DNA of 32,028 bases from NCBI GenBank assembly GCA_910592345.1, contig CAJVPI010000388.1, positions 1-32,028 of the forward strand. Direction: 5' to 3'. This stretch comes from Paraglomus brasilianum (Eukaryota). Below the pieces are notes generated by a model that ran no database searches, was not told the origin of the DNA, and saw only the letters and a program-made list of their open reading frames with translations. The position numbers were made by a program, and so were the translations under genes. Positions 1 through 13,000 of this stretch are shown here, in pieces; positions within the stretch are counted from its first letter, which is position 1, and each line of letters begins with the position of its first letter.

Positions 1-32
1 TTTAACTTATAATTGACTGCTGTATATCGCTC

Positions 33-287
33 ATGTCAAAAATAAATTTATCGATGTGCGATTATTATAAAAGTTTAGACCATAGCGATTTAGCATCCAA
101 AACATTAGTTAGGCGCAGAGCGCTCTGCTTCGCAGATGAAGTTCGAAAACAAATTGGGGATAAACTCTCCAACGACACTCTACGTAAAAGAACTGAAAAG
201 GCAAGGAAAATATTTGCTCTCTTTAACAGCAGTTTTAAAGAGAAAGATGCGAATGGTAAACTGCAATACGAAAAAACTAAAGTTTGA
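33..287 (+). pseudogene. Fragment of a multicopy Glomeromycotina-type hypothetical protein family (possibly TE-derived)
   Basis: The ORF contains EVRKQIGDKLSNDTLRKRTEKARKIFALFN, resembling an 'EVRKQL...LRKxxExARKIYxLF' motif I recall from repetitive AM-fungal proteins. It is short and has no convincing continuation. Confidence 0.4.
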
Positions 288-838
288 CATAAAATCTCAA
301 ATTTTGAAAATGTACAATAGTGGCCGATGAACACGAGAACGTTAAAATTTCGTTGTCAAAAATTTCTAATAAACAAGTGTTTATTTATCGCGCTTATAAC
401 GTTCAATTTGTTTTACCTATCAAGACATACGGGGTCTTTAAGCGTTTACACATATTCGGTCAAATACTAAAAACAACTCGGAAATTTAGCCAGCATACTA
501 ATACTTGTTATGATGTAACCGAAAACGTTCTAGTCATTATTTAACAAAACAAATATGTACCCTTTCCCAGCATTATTACCTGATTTATTATCCTAATATC
601 AACATCGACTTTTCGGTTATTTCCGTGATTGCTTTTAACAAGAAATTTGGTTCAAGCGGAACTCTCTATATTTCCAATATGGCCTGGTAAGCCTTCAGAT
701 ACTTTATTAAGCTAAATGTGCAATCAAGTGATTCAAACAATTCCCGGCGAGAGGGAACTTTCTATTACGAAAGATACTATCTTATTGCTAAAGTAAAAAG
801 TTACAACGAGACAATACCCAATTTAACACGAGGGTTAT

Positions 839-1404
839 TCACTGAACAAAAAAAAACGCCGTGTCTTCCCCATACTCAGATTTTTTCGATCCCAGCTTAT
901 GCACAATGTAAACACGTCCGATGGGTATTAGATTATTAGCGCCCGCGTGTTGAGGTTGCAAAGTAGATGGCACGTGGAATGCGTTTGGAATGACACCGTT
1001 AGCAAACATGGTGTCTCGAACGAGATACAGCTCTTGAACGTCTCTGAAATGGAAAATACAGCGACTGTTTTCATCTCTGCGTCCCCTAGTGAGATTATAG
1101 GTAGCGATCCGATCCATTACTGCATTATAAGCTGCCCATCCGTGAGCCGCGATCCACGCTTCGTTTGGCTTAATAACTAACAGAGGGTCATATTCGTCAG
1201 CGTTTGAAACCTGTTTCGTATATTTCTTAACGTCAGCGCTTGGTGCATCCGGAAAGAGCTCTTTGATTACTTCTTTGATGGTCGGGAATAGTTCAAGTTC
1301 TGCAATAGAATAGTAGAGATAATTAGAATGTCATCCAAGTATTCGTCCAAGTATTGGGTGCTTTCAAATAGATCTTTACCGTCGCTTTCTTTCGTTTTAA
1401 ACAT
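839..1404 (-). pseudogene. Intronless ~188-codon hypothetical protein gene with one apparent frameshift near 1331
   Basis: ATG at 1404 gives MFKTKESDGKDLFESTQYLDEYLDD. A second frame then runs stop-free from ~1330 to 839 (HSNYLYYSIAELELFPTIKEVIKELFPDAPSADVKKY...DEYDPLLVIKPNEAWI...RRDENSRCIFHF...KKSEYGEDTAFF). Adding one base at gatgac/att joins the two frames. Confidence 0.55.
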
Positions 1405-2060
1405 TTTTATTGAAAAGAGAGAAAAGGTGATTCGAACTTGTTTACTATTATTTCTATTCATTTTATATAAGTTTTGTCGGGTCTTAAATTCTCGATTCTG
1501 TCATTGATACACTCGAATATTTGCATGATTGTACAACTCCTGTCACAAGTTCCTATCATGAGTACAACCACAAGGATGCTTCGTCATAATTAACAGATAC
1601 ACAGATATCACAGCCTCAATCTTGCCCTTGTTTCTAATAATAGCACATTAATATTATTTATGTAATATTGAATACTTCTAGTAAGATTATTATTGGACAA
1701 TTGGAAAAGTTCCGAAGTGTAAACAAGAGCTATAATTACACTTGATAATGGAGTCTACACACAGTTGTCAGTTCGAGAAATATCCGGGAAGCCAAAAAAA
1801 TCGAATCGAACCAAACGAAAAATCGGGGGGGGGGGCTTTCACATTCCTGCGCAAGCATGCCCACAGCAGCCGTGTTATTGCGGTTTTCACAGATACAACA
1901 TCACGGATCTCAAATTCCTCGCCAGTTAAGGATAATAATAAGGACATATCATTCCGCGTGACCCAACAAGGCTTGGAACATTTCCCTCAGTTCCATTTGC
2001 TCGATGTAACATCGCGTATCCAGATGTGACGACGCAAACCCGAATTTCTGCACAGCCCCG

Positions 2061-2330
2061 ATGGGGATACAAGGATTCTGGGATGTGTATTTTCTTGCGG
2101 GGATTGGAAATAAACATACCAGTTCATTGAAAAAGGATATTGCGATGTTTCTAAATCATTCAGGTACGTCTGATCAAGCAATTGATACCTTATCTAACAT
2201 GCCTACGTCGAGGGAAATCGACGTGAGAAAAATATTATATCTTCTATTCACAGAGATAATATGATACAGTTGCACACATGACTACAGTCCTTGCGATCCC
2301 AATACCTACAACAACTGCGATTCCATACCG
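2061..2330 (+). pseudogene. Internally deleted relic of a fungal multicopy, probably transposon-associated protein
   Basis: YFLAGIGNKHTSSLKKDIAMFLNHSGTSDQAIDTLSNM and a downstream HMTTVLAIPIPTTTAIP segment resemble motifs I recall from repetitive AM-fungal ORFs. The segments are truncated and separated by a stop. Confidence 0.4.
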
Positions 2331-2392
2331 ATCTAGAGGTCAGAAAATATTATGAACTTGTGTTTCTTTTGACTAATTCTATAAGTTTATGG

Positions 2393-2393
<1 letters not shown>

Positions 2394-2437
<44 letters not shown>

Positions 2438-2438
2438 G
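2394..2438. repeat. (TTG)15 microsatellite
   Basis: Perfect trinucleotide run, read directly. Confidence 0.95.
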
Positions 2439-5400
2439 GTTGTCATATATTCCATACTATTTAGTTGGATATATTGTATAACTGGTTCTCGTCCATGTCG
2501 AAGTCCCCGTAATCCATATTTTGCTTCTTGGTTGGACGTGCTAGTAAGCGCGTTTGGGAGGTTAATATAAAATACTAATGGAGATATCGTTAGCCTATGA
2601 CAATATTATAATCGTGTGAGTTACTTGTATTCCGTTGGAACAAGATTAACGCTCGACGCTAAGCGAAGAGTTACTATCTTTAGTACTGGCTAAGAAAGAC
2701 ATAATAGAATGGATATGACGCTAAGCGTATTATTAGCATTCTAGTCGTTGGGTTATGCTTCCCAGAATCTTAGTAGGAATACGGTGCGGGAATATTCGTC
2801 TAGACATGTAGTTTTCGTGGCAAGTCATAATCACTTGGCTACACGAGAGTAATTTGTATAATCGTTAACTACTACACAGTGCCCATAATGAGGCGATACT
2901 GAGCAGAACCCTCGGTTATAGCCCATCGCGTTCACAGTCGTATAATTGACGTATGTGTGAATTGATCTACTTTCTTATACGAGTACGACATACGTTTCTT
3001 AATACGTTTCTTAATATGCAGTCGTATAGAAGTATTGACGAAAACTATAAAGTCACGAGACACTTTGCAATTAAGGTATGAATATTTCGGGCTCATTTGC
3101 AAAAAAGCGACTTCAGAGCTTGCATCACAGAATGAACAACTCGGCGAGGTTTTACTAAGGTAGATGGGGGATGTTCAAGTAGGTTGCTCTGGGTATTTTC
3201 CCAGTTGAAGATTTCGAAAACCCCTTGTTTTTAAGTTCTTTCATAACGCTTAGCATAACAAAAATAATTTATGGTTATTTTGGATAGAGAAATTGTTCGG
3301 CAGGCGGCAGTTATGCTCGTACGATCAGAAATTAATTAATTTCGATGATTGGAATGAATGAAACCCGGATAGGTGTTGGTCTCAGTATAGATAGTTTAGA
3401 AAAGCAAAAACTTCAGAGGCGAGGCATTAATATAGAACTATCGAATAGCAAATCTGCTACGAGTCGAATCATGTATTTTATTTCTATATCAATAAAAAAT
3501 CCGAGCCTTTCTTCGACAAATAGGTTTCAGAAAAAGAACCCACCAAATTCTTGGGAAGGGTCTTGAAAAATTACGCAACTTTTCTTCTGGCTTCGTATAC
3601 ATAATAACGTATGCTTTACTTGTATAAAACAATGTTAAATGCTGAAACTCTTGGCTGAGATTAGGAATGATAATGTTACCGATTTTACATAATATTGCAC
3701 GTGATATAGTGCACAAATTTAATAAATATTAATACAAATATTAATATAAATATTTTCTGGAGCTTCCGACCGACAATAATTTTTGATTAAAATTATTTTC
3801 TCATAGTTATAATCCATAAACTTAATGTCAAAATTTGCTACAAACATTACCTTGGTATGGCGTTGATAAAAAGTTGGTTGTCTTTGTGTGATCTTAAGTC
3901 ATATTCTTCGTAGACTTTCTGTGGCTGTTACGAGAAAATATACCAGATAATTCTTTAATGGGAGTAAGCCGCTCTTTGAATTAGTGTAATTATGTAGATG
4001 ATGAATTGTGTATATTTTACTACTAATAATGGCAATGAATGAATACACTATTAAACACATGATTAGTAAGTACCGTAAATTGTGCCTTTAATAGTGTGTA
4101 GCATGGTGCGTTGTGAGAATTTCTACTCATAAAACGGAAAGACAGTTGGAAATTGAAAATTGTCTAGTATTTTAAGCCAATAACAAGGTGGGACGCCAAT
4201 ATATAATAGAAGACTGATAACATCACGAATATAATTCGGAGTCTCGCTAGTATGTTTCCATTGCTCGTCTCTGACAACGAATTATGATCTCAAGTCATAA
4301 TAATAAAGCAAGCCAATTCCGTCATCATAGAGGAGCAGTGTCATGCTAGTATATCAAGAGAGCAATAATATAAGACATTTGAGAATTAGCTTCAACAGAA
4401 TGGTTTACCAACACATTTTTTAACTCGAAATATTCCCAATTGCGTTTTTAATGCTTATGTTACTATATGCAAACCTGCATTGCTAAAGTAGAGCAATTCA
4501 TAATAGCCACGAACGGAGGGAACATCGATTTAATAGACTTTGTCAATCTCAAATTTAGTCACTCCGGATTGTTAACTGTTTAAATAACATACTATTAGCA
4601 CTCGAAGCATTGATTATAGATCGACTGCTGATGCAAAGTGTGTACATCAATACTAAATTTATACCGCTCAATAACAGATTTATTGTATTTATTGTCAAGT
4701 AATGCGTGACAGCGTTTGTAACGATAAACTTATTATATCAAAACACCAACTTACCAAATCCAGTCTAGTGTATGTTTATGCAAAAAATAATAATAAATTT
4801 TTATATCGTTTTGAGTGTTCGTCATAACGCACTATTACGTCTGAATTGCTATAGTAGGCATTGTGTCCATACTGACTATAGTCATGTCTGCTGAACGTTC
4901 GTACCTTAATGGATGGGTGACACAATGGTGCCTACTCGCATCGAGAAGAGAACTTTTTAGTGTTGAGATAAATTTACTAGTCTAGTATGTGGATATCACC
5001 TTGAGAACAAATTAAACAAATGTCGCGATGGAACTAAATTAATAAAATTCCTACATGAGCAGGGCCTGATAAAGGTTTCTCTACGAATGACTCAGCGTCT
5101 TGTGATTCTACCAGTAAAACTAGTCAGAACTCGGTTCACAAGACTTTTCTTGCAGGTCTTGAACATGATAATATGGGTTTAAATTTTGTAAGCTATGCTA
5201 ATACGCCAATTAAAGCCCTCACATTTGAATATATCACATTACGCTTTCAATATTTCGGAAGGGGAGTATCTGACGAGAGCCAATTTACGGCAAACATAGT
5301 ACTAAATTAGCAGAAAACGAAGGAATTTACGGTAGAAATACTGTAGAGTCGCTCATTCACAGTACTTGTTCGAATAAATAACTTTAGAAATAGCTTGACC

Positions 5401-7036
5401 ATCAAAAGTCATGGGCAAAGAATAATAATGTCTTTTATCGACTCATTAAGCAACAAACGAAAATACAAGTCTGCTCTGCGAAATCCATTCATGTTTTGCG
5501 ATTAAACAAAATAGCCCCTGAAAATGATAAAAGAACGATGTGCTATTTATCACATGGTTTCACGTGATGATCAACTTGCGTTTGTTATAAGCACATGTAT
5601 AAAAGGCATTTGTGCAACTCCAACAAGTTTGCCTTCTTGCTACAGCAATCTTAATTATTAGTAACCAGCCGCCACACTTGCATAATGATGTACTTTTAAA
5701 CGTATCGCATCGACGGATTTTCTTTACACTCCCGATTTGCACTCTGCATACAACACACTTTCGGCAGATTCCGTAGAGCTTTGTTCGGTCTATGGGATCA
5801 CGGGATATGCGTAATCCCTAACAACGTTTCATCGAGTTTCATTGTGAGTAATTGGTCATTGTTAACGTATATTTGTCGCTAACGATTTTAGTAATCCCAA
5901 CGATTACACATACACTCTGATTGCCCCAAACATACACCATTTTTATCTTATCTTCAGGTCATACAAAGACCAAAGACGGCGTTGTTCATATGGATTCTAC
6001 TTAGGCTTGCGTCATCATTCCATTTGCATAACGAGATCATGCTCGCTTCCCCCCTTTTCTTGTTTCAACCGACGATGGCTGAAGAAGTTGCTATATTGAA
6101 AAAAAGAGATTGATCCTGGGAAATAAACCAGACATCTGGTGATAGGGTCGTCGAATAACCGCAAAAGAATTTACTTAGCGGGAAGTATTCGCATAGAATG
6201 CATGTACGGTTCTCTCCGCTTTTAAAAGTGTGGAGGCTTGAGAGGTTGTTCGATGGTGGGGGGAGAGATGGAAAGGGAGCTCGGCGTATTGGGAATGTCC
6301 ACAAGTGTACTTTATACCGAAACCAAGAATAAATGCCATCATCATGATAACGAAAATCGGCAAGAATGTTGCTCTTTTTATTTTCTTTCTTTCGTATTGA
6401 TAACCCGCCCGTACACTGTTTATTTATTAGGTTTGATTATCTAGCGCCGACGGATTTTATTCATTCCGTGTTTTTGCATCTAATTCTTACTTTTCGCCAT
6501 TACTGTGTGTTGAGCAGTAAACAGTAAACAGTGCGTTGAATGGGAATTTAAACTCCCTGTTGAAATTGTATGCTTTTTTTTATGCTGCATCCAAATCAAG
6601 ATCGAAAGGTACATGGTCTGTCGAATGAATTGACCAAAACACTGCAGATGATATACACCATTAGTATAGAGTATCACAGAGACAAAAAAAAGCCCTGTGT
6701 CATTCACCCCTGGCACTATTCCTTTTCTCAAATGTGGGTGCTGCAGATTCAAAAAGGCCTGTCTACGCCTTCGGTCACGCTCCAGAAACTTTAGAAATTA
6801 CTTAACTCTTTCTTAGACCTCTCGTTCCCAAAATAATAATACTCTTCGAGAGTGGTTGCCATATACTAATATATCAACCTCTTTTCCAAACTATCCCCTT
6901 GCCCCTTTTGTCATATCACATTCTCCCCCCCCCCCCCGCTAACTTCTTTTATATAGATAGAATAGTAAATAACTGATAGCACTTATTGAAAAAAAAAAAA
7001 GACACCGCGCAGTCATTCATATATTATATCACTATC

Positions 7037-10000
7037 ATGGAAGGCACACTTCACACACTCGACGACACAATGCACGACACGATGTCAGATGCACACTTAG
7101 TAGACAATCATATAATGGACGGTACTGAACCCATAGTCGAAGAGGAAGTACTATCTGTAGATGTGGAGTTAGCGAAACAGAAGGAAATATTTAAAGATTT
7201 TTCAACTGAATTTCAGAGGTTACAACTTAGCCCTGGCGGCCCTCTCGGAGAATACTTCGAAGCAGTCCAAGCTCTTGCACAGTGGCTGATACGACAGTCT
7301 TCCCGTTTCCCAGACTTTCCCCTAACAGACTCAAAACCCGACCAAGATGCTCTTTCCTCTATTAACGACATATTAGCAAGATTACACGCAGAAATAATAA
7401 CACAAAAATCAGAGCATGCTAAAGTAGTAGAGCTGGGCGAGCAGCTATTATCGTCTACGAACACTTCAGAAGAACAACAAACAATACAAAATATCCAATA
7501 TACAATAGAACAACTATGGTTGTCCTTCACTGAAATAATAAAGACAAGTAACGTTAAATTGCGAGAGTTCCATTGGGTGGCTGACATACAAAAAAAACTA
7601 GACGATGTAATATCACAGGTCAAAGAGGTCGAAGCGACATTAGACGGCGTTGAGGAAAGCAGGCGCAGAACACACGATGACCCTGCTAACGGCCAACTAA
7701 GTGACGTCATTGTCACAGGTTTTATCTCAACATCCCAACTAGACGAATGGTATACCAGGGTTGTAGAAATTGAGGAACTGCTTCATAATGTTGACGAGAA
7801 AATCAATGACATCCATCAGCTCCAAGTCCAACATAGGCAATACAGAATACCCACAGAGCTCAAACAAAATATTGACAATACCATCAGCACAAGCGTTAAT
7901 TCACTTAAAAGCAAAATAGCAGAGATCAAGACTGCTATAGAATACGAGCGGAAAATATGTCGCTGGTTTGATGAAGCAAAAGAGATAGAGAAATGGATAG
8001 CCGATACTCAGAGTAGGACAAATCAATTAGAGGTTCCCGACTTTATCAATAAACAAGAATGGACAGAAGAAGAACAAAATCTAGAAGTAATAGTAGACGA
8101 AAGACGAAAGATGATTGACGCAATTACCGCAGACGTTGAACAATTCAAACAAGATAGGATCGATTTATTAAATAGTAAAGCTGATGATATTATTGCTGAT
8201 ACAAAAGATTCATCTAATCAAGACGATCAAGCGGTTATAGATTTGATAACGAAGCAACGCAAGAATCTGGACGATAAGCTTGCCAAACTAACAGATTACA
8301 TAACATTGATTCTATCACAAACAACTGTCGAACGATATACGGGACTTCTCAAGAATCTCAATGACTTGCAGAAAATGCGGCTACACATGCAATCAGTCCG
8401 AAAACTCATTGCCCAACAAAACGATGCTGAACTAGTGACCGGTGATGTAAAGGAAGTCGAGGTAGAGATAACAAACTACCAACCAGAGCTGCCAACCGAC
8501 GACTCTGCTCTATCAAAGGCTGTACGACAACGCCATTCAAAACTGTTAATTACCATACAAAACATCCGCGTAGCTGTGGAAGAGAACAAACTTCAGATGG
8601 CCGCCTATCTCAGTCCCTCAAGTCCGAGCTCCCCAACTTCGGCTGGGTCGGACTTTGACAGGCTAAGCTCTGAAATTCAGGAACGACTAGAATCGTTTAG
8701 TATACGACTTGTCCCCCCACCCGTGTACATGCTCGAAACAGATTCAGAAAACGATGAACCAGAACGAGTACATGGACTTACGTGCAATGATGATCATGTC
8801 GAAGAGCTCACGGAACGGTATGGTTCGATAGAATCGGAACTAGTTTCATTTGAGAGAAGCATTTGGGTCGAATTCTGGCTTAACAGTGAAAGAGCAAAGA
8901 GAGTTCGTGGTACCGAGGTCAAAGAACGGATCAATGAACTAGAGACAAAGTTTGCCGAGGTCAAAGGTTTTATGGAACTTCGCAAGTCAGATCTCGTTCG
9001 TATAAAAGAAGGCCGAGAATTTGCGAAAAAAGCTCACGCGATCCAAGATCAATTCGACATTGTAAAGGGTAAAATGAGACGCGGTGACGTTGAAACCACA
9101 ACCGATGCTTCAATCCAAGAACTCGACAACCACATGAGCGAAGCCCAAACTCTTCTCGATGGACTTTGTATAGCTCACACTCCAATGATGGCTGAAGATT
9201 TCGATGACAGCAGCTTCAGAGAATCTTTCGAAAAAATTATTTCTGAACAACAACTTGTCCAGGACTGGATTGAAGAAGTACGCATCTGGTTCAGAGAGGC
9301 TGAGCGTATTCGTATCTGGATCGAACAACGTATAGACGTTTTGGAAAACGTTCCCCAGGTAGATGTCTATCAGGAAGGTCCAGCGCCAGTGACTGAAGAA
9401 CAAGTCAATACATGGCAGAAAGAGTATGAAGAATTGGAACATGACGTGGAAAAGTTTGATGCAGAAGATATGTCTCGACTTCGCGATCATGTTAAAAACA
9501 TCATGAGCAGTGACAAAAACACTTCCAACACAATGTCGCCGGCCGACACAATGACGATATCTATAACGTTAAAAACCCTCGCTTTCTTAGATCAACTTTT
9601 CAACATGTTAAAACGACGTGCTAACGAACTAGACTGTTTGGCGTTGCGTGTTCAGTGGGAGCAAGAATATGAGGAAGCCATGAAACAGTGGGAAGGTTTC
9701 ATCACAGAGATTAACGACTTTATAAAACAACGCAGCCGATGGAAAGCTCCTACTAGTACGCGAGCAGACGGTTTTTATGAAGCCATTTTGCAACCATCTT
9801 ACAAAGAAAACAGCGCAGAAGCTCAGACTTTTGGAACAAGGATTAGCAAGTTTAAAGATTCGGTTATTGCAGAAGCTGGACGCGTTTTTGACGAGTTAGT
9901 CGACGTATCGGCCACAGAGCTTCCAGAACATTTATTAGTACGGCAAGAGAATTTGGAAGACCGGGATTACGAATATTTGACGCTGTATCATACTTTTGCA

Positions 10001-13000
10001 AAGAATATCGTTGCTCAAAAGAAAAAGGTCCTCGATTACGTTTCTGACGCAGAGGCTGCTCACCTTGAAGGCTGTCGTTTGCGCGATGACTTGATAAAAG
10101 AAGAATCTAATCCCCGCGCATCAATGGAAAACAAATATGTAGCACGAGTAAAAGCCCTTAATGACAAAATCAACAACGCATGGCAAACCAAAGGCTCAAC
10201 GGTCATTTACCCAACACATCCTCGTCATGAAGAATCCGAAAATGCAGAGGTTCAAGAAGGAGTCGAGAAATATTACAAGTGCCTGCAAGGTCTCACCAGC
10301 GAAGTTGAAGAAGCCCTAAAAGCTTATCAGTGCGCTCTCAGGCTCTTTAAAACCGCTGAAGAATGTAAGAAGGAAGCTGCAAGGTTGGAGAAATGGATTG
10401 CAGATAAGCACAAGTTCCTTAACAAGCGCAAGAGTGACATGCTTGCAAAGAAAACATTTACCAAGGAAGATGTGGAAAAGTTCTTTGCCGATAACACTGA
10501 ATTGACGTCAAATGTAGCTGATTTTGAATCTAAAGATCTTCGTGATTTGCTTGAAAAGGTCGCTGCTCTTGTTGCCGAGGTCAGGACTATTGGAACAAAG
10601 TGCGTTAACACCGACGAATTAGAGAATATGATGCACACTCTCGAAGGCCGTCTCGCTGGTTTACACGAACATATCGAAACTGACGCAGAGGTATTGAGAA
10701 AGAAAATGGTAGAATCTTACATGAACCAAGCAACAGAAATTACATCTTGGATTGAGCCTCGGCTACAAACTTTGCTTAGCATAGCAAATGATGACACGCT
10801 TGGCGAGCAGACCGAGAAGCGCTTGCGTGAATTGATTAGTGAAGTGGATCGTATCGAAACTGCTCGTCAAGGGTATCGTACGTTTGAATTGGGAAAGAGC
10901 CTTTCTGTAGGATTGGTGCAAGAAATGACGCCACTAGAGCGCAAAGTCGAAGGCGAAAGCGAAAGCGATGACGTAGATGTTGATGTTGTTAAAGTTGACG
11001 TAGAAGCTGTTACCGCACGACAGAAGGAACTCGATGATCTTTGGGAAGCATTGAAAAACGCCGTTCCAGAAGCTCGCCAAGTCCTAGAACAAGCACTTCT
11101 CTTTGTCGATGTTAAAGAAAAAGCCAACGAAATACTTAAAAAGATTGCTGATTTGGGCAAGGTGATTGAGAACACAGATGTCAAAGATATGGATCACGCT
11201 ACAACAAGAGACTGGCACATTAAAATAAAGGATATCGAGGAGATTGAATTTTTCCGATTAGTCAGACTTTATACTAATGTTATTGAAAGTCTCCGAGAAA
11301 AACCAACAAAAATAACTGATAAAGAATCGAGTGTGCTCAAAAGTAAATTAGATCAAATATCGGAAGCCATTCTCGGGATCAAGAAACTTATTGGCAAAAA
11401 GTCCGACGACTTTGAAGCTTATCAATCATCACAAGTTGCCTACGCTCATAAAGTACGCATTGATGACCTACAGCGATGGATTGAACAGACTATAACGAAC
11501 TTTGCAGATGCCACACAATATGGTCTAATGGTAGGCAAAAATGAAGATCAAAACAACAACAATTTCCAGTCGTTATCTCTTTTATTTGAAGAGTTTACTA
11601 ACGAACTGCCGGAACGTATGAACGAATTGGAAAGTATCAAGGCTGAATTTCAAGACATTTCAGCACGAGGAGATATTCGCGAACTACAAGACATTATTAA
11701 ATGGCACGATCAGCTCGGTACTTCTTGGGATAGATTAGAACTAGCTACTTCAGAAATGAAAGGACTTGTTGACAAAGTCAAGAGTTGGTATGATTGTCAC
11801 GGGAGCATCTACCGTGTTGAAACTGACATTGTTAATGGGTTACGGCAGCGCATTGATAAGCTTGGAAGTACAGGATACGATGAATTAGCTGCAGAAGTCA
11901 ATGAATTAGATGACAAGATAAAAGAAGGGTATTCGAGACTCGAGAAAGCTAAAGTTGCCTCTCATAAAATTCCAGAGAAGCCAGGAGAACCACTCGACGC
12001 GCAGAACAAACTTAATTTCAAAGATCATCATGACGATATGACAAAACGATTAGATGCATTATCAGCTGCACTCAAGGTTGCATTAACAGCAGCGCATAAT
12101 GCATCCGCTCTCGCTGCTTTCCATGCAGAGGCAGACCGTATCATATCTGATTGCTTAGAAGGAACAGCTATTGTAAAAACCCGTCACGATGATTTAGAAA
12201 TTAGTGGATATTATGCTCTTGAAGTCAATGCTCTCGAAAAAGTCCTCCGAGGTTCGATTGACGGATACACAGAAAGTGAACAAAAGTTACGTGGCCTTGA
12301 TGATCAAGTAAATGGAAGTTTCAAGACGGAGGCTGATTCATTGATAGAACAAAATCCTACCATCAACAAAGAACGTATATTGAGTATCTATAATAGAGTA
12401 AGCGATACTTTGAAAGGATTTTCGGATGCAGTTGCACTTGAGCGACGAGAGCTTGAGCTTGTACGTAGGCTATATGCACATGCTAAAGCTGCTCGGGATA
12501 TCAAGGCATGGATACAGGGATGTAAACGTGCTGTACTCGACATTCAGGTTGATGTTACCGATCAGGAACTAGAAATTGCAGACCTTGAAGAAAAAGTAGC
12601 CCGATTCCAACCAACAGTTGATACATTCGTAGAAATGGCACGAAATGCCTTAGTACCAGAAGCCGATAGTGCTGATATTGATGTACCGCAACCAGAAGAA
12701 TCAAATCCCAAGATCAAAGATGCCGTACAACAGCGAACTGACCGTGTATTAGACGACTGGAATGCTCTCAAAGATTTATTAACGACAGTAAGAAAGAGTC
12801 TCAACGCTTCCAGAGAGAACCAAGAAGTCAGTCGAGCCATCAAAGATATTCTCATGGCCATTGGCCAAGTCAAGGAACGAGTACTGAACATTGAATCATA
12901 TATCACAGGCGAAACCGTAATCCGCCTGCCCACAAAAGAAGACATTGATAATGGTGAGCGGGAGCTTGATGAAATCCAGGCTGAGATTGACCACATTCTT

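Noticed and set aside
2440..6900. Scattered short ORFs and a possible (CAA)n-tailed retroelement end
   Set aside because: I found no reverse transcriptase, endonuclease or other recognisable motifs and no consistent splice model.
6986..7036. ORF-track start at TTG 6986 and stop at 14053 for the giant ORF
   Set aside because: This is a eukaryotic gene. ATG 7037 has good context, and the TAA at 14051-14053 lies inside the GTAAAT donor, so the CDS continues by splicing.
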